DNA of 64,000 nucleotides from Trichoplax sp. H2 (Eukaryota): NCBI GenBank assembly GCA_003344405.1, contig NOWV01000288.1, positions 1 to 64,000 of the forward strand, read 5' to 3'. Shown piece by piece: positions 55,376 to 64,000 of this stretch (position 1 is its first letter; each line of letters starts with the position of its first letter). The notes under the pieces were generated by a model. It saw only the letters and a program-made list of their open reading frames with translations, ran no database searches and was not told where the DNA came from. The position numbers and the translations under genes were made by a program.

Positions 55376-58300
55376 CCGCCATTCTGCAATTTGTGAAAAT
55401 ATTCCAAGTTTGAGTTTATTTTTGGGTGCTTACTTTAATGCAGTTTGCAATTAAAAATGGTACGGAACACGAAACATTATATGCATTTAAATTATGTTCT
55501 CGTTCTCTTGCAACGTTTTTAAATACAACTAGAGTTTAAGTTAAAGATTTGAAGCCAATTACCGCCGTAATAACTTATTTGAGATTGTTTACACTTAGAA
55601 CACCTGCCATTTTTAAATTTAATTATAGGTATCACAATATCAAATTTAATGACATTATGATGCTTTAAATTTGAAAAAATTAAAAATAATTAACTGCTAT
55701 CGATATGATATTTATTATACAGTATAAGCTATGTTGAAGTAATAGGATATTTTTTATTCAAATATTGTTCAGTGGAGTGAAATCAATTAATGTCACTACA
55801 GTAATAATTAAAAGTCCTTAGGCATTGTAATCCCATAGATTATATTTATTGGGAGTAAATGGTCCATATCTTTAATATTATAAAAATAACATTTCTGCCA
55901 TAGCTGATATTCATGAAATTAACGTTATTTTTATGTTTTATTGCATTTAGATATTTAAGTAATTCTAGTATTTTTTAATTCTATAAAATACTTCTTATTT
56001 AAAATTAAGACAAGTCATGATTATTCAGGAATTGGATATTGGTTGAATGTATTCATTGTAATCGGGATAAATTTTTTTGTCAAAAAGATTGTGTAGGTGA
56101 ATGGACTGAAGTTTAAATTAACATAGATTAAGCATATTATGCTCTATGTGATCGGAATGCTATATGCTACGGTAATAGATCGAATAAAATTCAGTATTAC
56201 AGATATCAGCATTTTTAAGAGCTTTGATCTAGATTACAGTTTACCTATTACGATTACCTATCCTAAGGGCGTAGAAAAAGTACTATAGATATTAGCTAGT
56301 AGTACTGCTTGGAAATTTTAATTCAAATCAATTCATTAATATAGTTATTTAATTCTGTACTTCCGTTTCGTGATCTTAAATGATGATATCATTATTATTA
56401 GTTGCCAATACATTTTGTTTAAGATAAATTTACTAGTCTTGGTCAAACACTTGCTAAAGGCATAGTTTGTCTAAAGTTTTCTACAGACTTTTTGCGGCAC
56501 CTTTAAATGAAAGAGAAGCGAACAACAAAGTTCAGTTACAGAAAGTAAATCTGAATTTAGATATTCTAGATGCTCTTTCTATTTATATCTAGTGAATTTT
56601 GCTCTTGGTAGTTGATATTTAGTGAAATTTAGTAATACTGTACTAATGTAATTTGATTCAACATGAGACCTGAAAGTAAAAAGCATTAGCAGATGGGGCT
56701 TATTTAAATTATTTGATGACTATAGCTCTTTATGTCAGCCTTTAATTAGCTATCTATTTGCATGCATTCCTTCATTCCGAAAACGAATATTGCTGACTCT
56801 AGAAAGTCTTTATTTCAAATACGTTACTGAGGAAATTTGCATGTAAACATAGAAATAAGCCATAAAAGCTGTTCTGTTTTGCTATATCTTAATATTCATG
56901 GTTAGCAAAATATAACGGGATAACGTCGTTACTTTGCAATCATGTTCAGGATATAAAGCATTCGTGTAATTGTGATTAATAATAGAATCTCTAGTTTACA
57001 GAGCGGGAAGTTTTTGGGACTTTCATATTTCCCTTTTCATTTACTAATTAACGACATTACTCCAGAAAATGTGAACTTAATGTAGTGCTGTAGTTATCAG
57101 TAACTAATGTTTATATGGATTTTCTAAGAAGGAACTCATTTTTCAATAAAATTAGGGCTCAGTTTTATCTGTGAGAGACTAGTAGTATTATGGTAGTCGT
57201 GATTTTGTTATGCGTTGTTATATATTGTACTGGCATACTAGTACCTTAGATATTCTGTAACTCGTGTACTATCTACGGTACGTCTTAAATTGGCTCTGGC
57301 TCATAAAACTGAAATGCTATTGTGCTAAATAATGCTAATATGTTGATATTGGTTATATATTGTACGCATGGTCAATGCATATATATTCTGTAACAACTAA
57401 CGTTATGGAGGTTTTCATTTAATCTAATTCTCGAGTAGGGAAGGGTTTGTCTTAGTCAGTCATCAGGCTGCAATTTGAATCACTGATTATATCCGAAGAT
57501 ATATATAGGGTTGTAGGAAAACTAGATTACGTTAAGCCCCGGGTAAATAAGATAGTAGATTGGAGGAGTTAGAGGCACTCTATTAGGTGTTATAAGCCGA
57601 GCAGATTATTAGTGGATAGTGCTAGAGATGTTAGTCGTACAGTTAAGTGGGACTGCATGGTGCCTCGATAAGCAGCACCAGCACGTTTCAGTAAATCACC
57701 TATGATTGGCCCAAGGTAAGGGATGACGATCATACGTATCTTGGGGTCTTGCATTCGCAAGAACCATATTAAAAATCAACTACAATAAGGAGTAGCATAC
57801 GTTAAGGGCTAAAATTCCCTTGTGTGACTAGATACTGTAAGATTGGAAATAGCACTGATCATAAGTGTGCAGTCGAATAACGTCTGAATACCCATTAGTA
57901 AAATATAGGTAATTTTAATGTTTGAGCATCATCGCACGTTGATTAATAATGTATCGTGAACTGCCGCTCTAATATAATAGGAGTACCAATAATTCCCAAC
58001 GGCAGACAATTAGTAAACCAAATTTCAACAACTGCTCTCCTTGCCGGTAGGTGATCATCCACAGTTAGAGTGGTATTATAGCTAGATGTCGGAAAGACAA
58101 ATCAGACAGTAGACTCGTAGTATTAGTTTCTATAGCGAGACATTCGATTTGTTGCCTTTGCTCAAGTAAATTTTTAAGTTTTTAATAATTGACCTAGTTA
58201 AATTTGTTTACTGGCTCTTAAAATTTTTACGTAGTAGTATTTTCTCCACCGTAATGTTAAAATTTAATAGCAATAAACAGCTTAGTAACAAAACCTATTC

Positions 58301-59284
58301 TACTGACTGTAATAAAAGTGTAAATCACAGAAGTAATTTTATAAAAACAGATTTATTACTAATTCTCGATTCAGATATTAATAGAATAACAACCTCTGAT
58401 AGGCAAGGAAAACTTCCTATAACAGCAGATCTTAAAAAGAAGGGCTAAAAACAACAATGACAGAAAAGCGTAGCTGCTTAAATACGTTATCTAACTTGTT
58501 TACACATAACAATACAAGCTTATTGTTTAAAATCTATCTTATCAAGGAAGATAATCGAACGCATTCGCTGTGGAGGTCTTACTAGGTAATTTAGTAAACA
58601 AGGAATTAATGAAAAGGGCTTGAATAGTTAGCGACTTCTGTTAGAGTTTACTTGTTATTGTTACGAAAATATTCTTCCCTGACGCACTTAAGATAATTGA
58701 TCCTATCATTATCGGTGATTTTTTAGTGAAATGCATAGTGACATCAGGTCATCAAAAGCAAAAAAGGTCAGGATTCTTTTTGTTCATATAGTCGACCAAG
58801 AAAGCCCTTGCAGATCACCCAAAAATAATGCTTCTGAATTTCGTATAAGCTATCTTTTCTGTTTTAATTGTTACGATATAGAAAAAGCATTGTTTGCTTT
58901 TCCTACAATATACTTAGAATGATACGAAGCGTTTATCCCCAAAGGGGTTAAAGTATAAATAAGACTGTTTAGAAATTATTGCCGTAAAGGCTTATTAAAT
59001 TTTCATCAACCATAACTGGTAATTTGAAAACATGCCGATAGTATTTAAGAATTCACTATTAACTGTACTACCGTAAAGTGATGAAACATATTCTATATTC
59101 AGATAATTTTTAATCGCAGATTAGCCAAATTAGAGAGTGTTAATTGTAATTTCGAAGATAATTTAAATTTATTGCCAATAGCATGTTACAATAAATTTAT
59201 TTAAAAGTTGAATGTTATTAGTAATGATCGAATTTCAATATTTCTTGCTCTAGATTTAAGTTATACTAGCTTTATTTCGGAAAC

Positions 59285-60559
59285 ATGGATTTCAGAATCA
59301 GATTGCTGATAGTAGCGTGTGCCTTATTTATGATAAGTGCGAGTGTAAGCGCCGATAAAGATATCTCTGAGTTAATAGAAGAGGAAGAAAGCAATGCAAA
59401 AGAATTTGAACCAGAAGAAGATCGAGGTGATGATGTTCAATTTTTGATGGATCGAGAAACTTTTGATTCTGAGATAAAAAGTGCAGAAGATAAGGTCAGA
59501 GAAGTCTTCGATACTTTGTGTCCATAATAAAATGCATCTGCTAGTAACGTGTTGCTAAGGGTTTAAGATTATTTTGTGACGACCTTAGCTTATGATAGAC
59601 TTTTTCCTTTTATTATATTGCTTATATATTCGTCGTTTTTGATTTGCAATGCATTTTAGCTATCCTTATAATCTTAATATTTATCTTTTAATAAATCCTA
59701 ATACGTCTTTTGTTATTTTACATCTACACCATTAATAATATTTGTAAATGGTTTATGCGTAGAAATTGTGGGGTCGGCGTCGTCGTCGTCGACTACGACT
59801 ATCTGGTATTGCACCTGAAGGGAAATCACAGGTAAGTTTTCAGTTTTAAATTTGCAAAATTACTTTGTCCTATGTTGGGATAAAATCATTTTTTATCTAC
59901 TATATTAAGTTTTGGGGACGCCGTCGCCGTAGACGACCGAATCGTCCTAGTCCTGGTAAATCTATGGTAAGCTACAAAATTATTTCCAGATCTTATTAAG
60001 ATTTAAATTATAATTATCATGAACCTATAGGTGAAAATGTCACCTAGATGTAGAAAATAAGAAATTGTTATATTTATATGTTCATACTGGAATACATGCG
60101 GAGTTTGTAATTCAAAGTTTCTACTAGACAATTAATAGCAAAATTGTAGCTTAGTCATCGTCTATTCTTAACTTTAACTTGAATCTCAGCTTCTCTTATC
60201 AATTAGCTATTATTATTTTAAAAACTTTGTTCGTTATCAACCGTTAATTACACCTCAACGTTTATTTTGATAATTTACAAGCTTTACTGTCTGAACTCAT
60301 TATCTTTAAAATAGCTTATCCCAAGAAAGTGTATTGTAGTATTTAAAAGATGTTATAGTAACAAAACATTCTATATCGATAATGCTTAATAACGAACTTT
60401 AGCTCATGCTTCCACATACTGAGACGTCGAAGTGTATATTTGAGTGGTTAAGTAATCTAGATACTTACCACATTAAATATATGATGTATTTGCTCTAGTA
60501 GAGGTAAATCATGATTTAACTGATACCTAATTTTGCGTTTAACTATATAGGAATGGTAA
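59285..60559 (+). CDS. Secreted cationic-peptide precursor (exons 59285-59494, 59763-59831, 59910-59966, probable last exon 60551-60559)
   Basis: Signal peptide MDFRIRLLIVACALFMISASVSA; D/E-rich pro-region; AAG|GTCAGA donor; exon KLWGRRRRRRLRLSGIAPEGKSQ|GTAAGT; exon FWGRRRRRRPNRPSPGKSM|GTAAGC; all phase 0. Terminal exon uncertain (EW* at 60551 or VKMSPRCRK* at 60031). AATAAA at 60761. Confidence 0.7.
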
Positions 60560-62040
60560 ATAATCTATGTTTTGAGAAGATAGAACCCGCCATGTTGATT
60601 TTTAGTTAGGAAATTTGTCTTGTTAAATTTATGCTAGGAGTAAACACTAGGTTTTCTTCATGGAAAAATATCCTTAGTAACCGACGGTCAGTCATTACGA
60701 AGATGATTAGTATAGAGTTTTCCTAATCGTTATATTTTGCATGTTAATTGTACTTTGGACAATAAAATACTATGTCTATCTGAAGAGGTTAAGAGACTGA
60801 TTCGTTTTTATGATCACTTCGTGATTAATTAAGAAATTGTTTCAAAAATATTATTTCCGAGATAAATGAGTTTCAGTAGCAATTAAATATCATACATTAA
60901 TTTACTCTAACATTAATTGTGATTTTCGATATACTTCAAAAGAAACGAAATAATAGGCTTGCTTTTGTCTATTGATAAAGTTTACGAACATATGTTGTAG
61001 AATGTTTCTAAGTTTTGCCAGATCTTTCTAAGATAGTGTTGAAAAGAAATGACATGAAGGCAAGTAGTAAATATCGTACTTAAAGCAATATCTTTAAACT
61101 TAATTTAACATCTTCCAAGGAAAATTTCAATCGCCTAAAGAAATCATATCACTGAAATAACTATAGCTTTCGTCGTATCACTACTACAATTGTGATACGG
61201 ATAACTTTCTAAATATGAAAGTATAGCTAGCTCTAACTTGGTTGCTACTAAGTGTCTTCAGCCACTTTGACCTAATTAAACTACCTTAGTCAGTTAAGTA
61301 CTTATGAAATGCTTCACTCTAGGTAAAAACCTTTAATAAATAAGCACTTTCACTACAGTTTCATCAATTGTACATATTTCTCCTTTCAGATATTTAAGTA
61401 TGAAGCTCTTTATACCTTTAGCAAGGTTAGCACGTACACAAGTGATATTCAAAACATATACAAATTATACATTCTCTATAGTAAATTAATTCTAATATAG
61501 ATTTATATGAGATTCATTCCTATTAATTCATTTTACTCGCTATTTAGTTGGACAATTAACCACTAGCCATACTTTCTTGCAATAATGTACGAAAAAAATT
61601 AATTTAAAGATACCACCCCAAATTCCCATTGACAACACAATTTAAAACTAATCTCTATCACTACAACAGTTTCTGAAATTAACAATCGAATCATATTTCC
61701 AAGAACAGTTTTGCGAGCGCAAATTACACTATTTTATTAATTAAAGAATATTCTAGTAAACATTTATGATTTTAATTTATCTTTATGTTATCTATACTGT
61801 AGCAAGCTGTTAGTAGTGAAGAAAGTTGGCTAGCTTATTTATTCACTTCAGATATGGGTAGACCTTATTGACAGCGTGAAAATTCTAATGCGATATAATA
61901 GTAACCTATTGTCACAAAACAGCTTTGCAACAAGATAACGTAATGTACGATCAATAAGTCAATTCCTAGAACCACGTATCAAGGAATGATATCTGCACTA
62001 TCACAAACACTTTTGCTCTACTAGCAGACTACAGAAAGAC

Positions 62041-62620
62041 TTAGACGCCTCGTATTTTACGTTAAAAAACTAAGTTTGAGAATCCACTTTATTACACGAT
62101 ATACTGCATTTATATACTATCCCTCAACAGTTCATAAGTCATAGTTAGTACGATTAACTTTGGAATTATTTACTGAATTAGATATTAATTATAGCTACTG
62201 TTCCCTTAATGCAGACAACAATATTTACGAACATAGACATCTGGTGACTAATACAGAATAGTCAGATTACGATATGTCCTATCGCGGAACATTTCCACGA
62301 TAATTTACAATCTACCGTAAGTAAATTACAATCACAATGATTCGAACTGCAAGTAGATGATTTGCATTCCCTATTATAACTATTAATTTCAGTATGTGTA
62401 TATGTGTCTCTGTCATTGTCACAAACCAGCTTCGTGACAAGGATAACGTAAAACAAATCTCTAAATTACTATAGTCTCCGGGATTCATTATCCCTACTTA
62501 CAAGAATTTAGACGCCTTTGATTCTACGTTAAAACAACTATACAATTGAGAACTGCTTTATTCAACTATCTGACGGGCTTATATATACACTTCTACAGCA
62601 GCTAACATTCATGAGTCATC
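62041..62620. repeat. Diverged ~110-bp direct repeat pair (~62041-62145 and ~62507-62620)
   Basis: Shared colinear blocks: ttagacgcct, tacgttaaaa, ttgagaa, ctttatt, tatatac, ttcat.agtcat. Confidence 0.55.
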
Positions 62621-64000
62621 TTATAAAAATACTTAGATGAGAACATCTACCAACTAATTTTTCACAGTCGGACTACAATATGTCCATTCACAGAATCATT
62701 TCAGTACACATTACAGCACAGCAATAAATTTACTGTAATACATTTATAATTAGAGTAATTCCTATTGTAAGTAACTAGTTGTAATATAATATCACTATAT
62801 TATATTAACCTAATTTAGATAGCTATTTCTTCACGGTAGTTCGTACCGTGACAGTCATAAAAAGTCAATGCTATATTAAAGTACAGTATATCCAAATTAG
62901 AAGCTAACTAAATAAAGATAGGCTAACAAAATTATCCTAACATAGATATTTCTACTCTAATACAGTATATAACACCGTCACACCTATACTAATAATCTAT
63001 ACTAATAGTTACTGTAGTTTGTAACCATTAATAGTGTAGTGACATTGTTTAGTTTTCGGGCAAGTTTAGATTTTTTGTCCTATATCTATTACTGGTACAA
63101 TATATTGTAAGAAAAATTAGTTTTTAACTCATAATCATTTTGTAACTGATTGTTGTATAAGCTGTGAATTTTTTCCATAATAATTTTGATGATATGATTA
63201 TAATTATAGCTAGATATTCTTTATAGTAAACTGAACCTAACTTATATGATAAAGTGAAGTTTACGTACAAGAAACCTTAATTCTGTTTATTATTTCGAAA
63301 ACACTTTGTCACAAATATAACTTGTACCATATCGTAATTCCTTAATTTAAATAATAAGTTAAGAGTGACTGTAGACTTTCGTCATTTTATATTTAATACG
63401 ACTAGTTTATGACCAATTAAGACGTAGCTTATCTGGCTCTTACTCAAACTAAACAAAGTAGAAGAAAGAAAAACATTCATTAACTTTAGATTTTTCCTTG
63501 GGGCTAGTAATTAATGATGTTTACTAAACTGTAGCACGAATGAATGAAGCTCGCAATCCTATAAAACTATTGTTAAGGTGTGACCTTTCAGCTCAAAAGA
63601 TAATTTTGATGCAAATCAATGTATAAATCATTAACAATAAAATTTGTGTAATGAAATGAAATGTGTAGAGATCAAGCTACGAAACTTTAACAAACTTTGA
63701 TTCTACTTTCGTTGCACTCCGGTCGACTTAACGCTAATACTTTGACACCAAATAAAATTTGGGGAAATAACCGAACAACAATTTATTTCAAAACAAAAAT
63801 GGAGAGAAGTATAAACCGAACAACCTTACAAATACTTAGCTTTAAGTATTATTAAAATAAATGACAGACTTAAAAACTGTCAACGACCAAACAACCTTTC
63901 AAAAAGAAGAACGTTTTAACTTACGACAATTCGACCCCGAAGGCCTTTTAAATTCAACAAGTTCTTCAAATAAAATCTTCTTCTACTCTCTCTCTAAATT

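Noticed and set aside
57500..58150. Slightly GC-richer stretch with a small hairpin (GGTCTTGCATTCGCAAGAACC)
   Set aside because: No recognisable tRNA, snRNA or ribozyme consensus, no ORF and no element termini. Would need Infernal or a repeat search.
1..64000. CRISPR arrays, rRNA/tRNA genes, prokaryotic operons
   Set aside because: No repeat-spacer periodicity or RNA gene signatures seen; the DNA is intron-containing eukaryotic sequence.

Overview
AT-rich eukaryotic genomic DNA with short GT-AG introns. Gene content and style suggest a compact animal genome, possibly placozoan/Trichoplax-like (inference only). Four 20-N gaps bracket what look like alternative-haplotype contigs. In order: (1) a tandem array of five minus-strand, 5-exon, four-TM CD20/MS4A-like genes (1.0-21.9 kb), one a pseudogene, with Pro/Gln-rich tails that mostly carry PPxY/LPxY motifs; (2) a spliced pogo/Tigger-type transposase-derived gene whose first catalytic Asp is Gly; (3) two tandem 7-exon phospholipid scramblase genes, one canonical and one strongly diverged; (4) a cluster of intronless orphan rhodopsin-class GPCRs: two intact, two decayed, and one hit at its start codon by a TG...CA LTR-like element with a 5-bp TSD, with the empty allele assembled alongside; (5) a plus-strand secreted precursor (signal peptide, acidic pro-region, KK) ending in two duplicated phase-0 exons that each encode a WG-R6 cationic peptide, an antimicrobial-peptide-like design. 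All exon structures were read by hand from splice signals and paralog comparison. No database searches were run.
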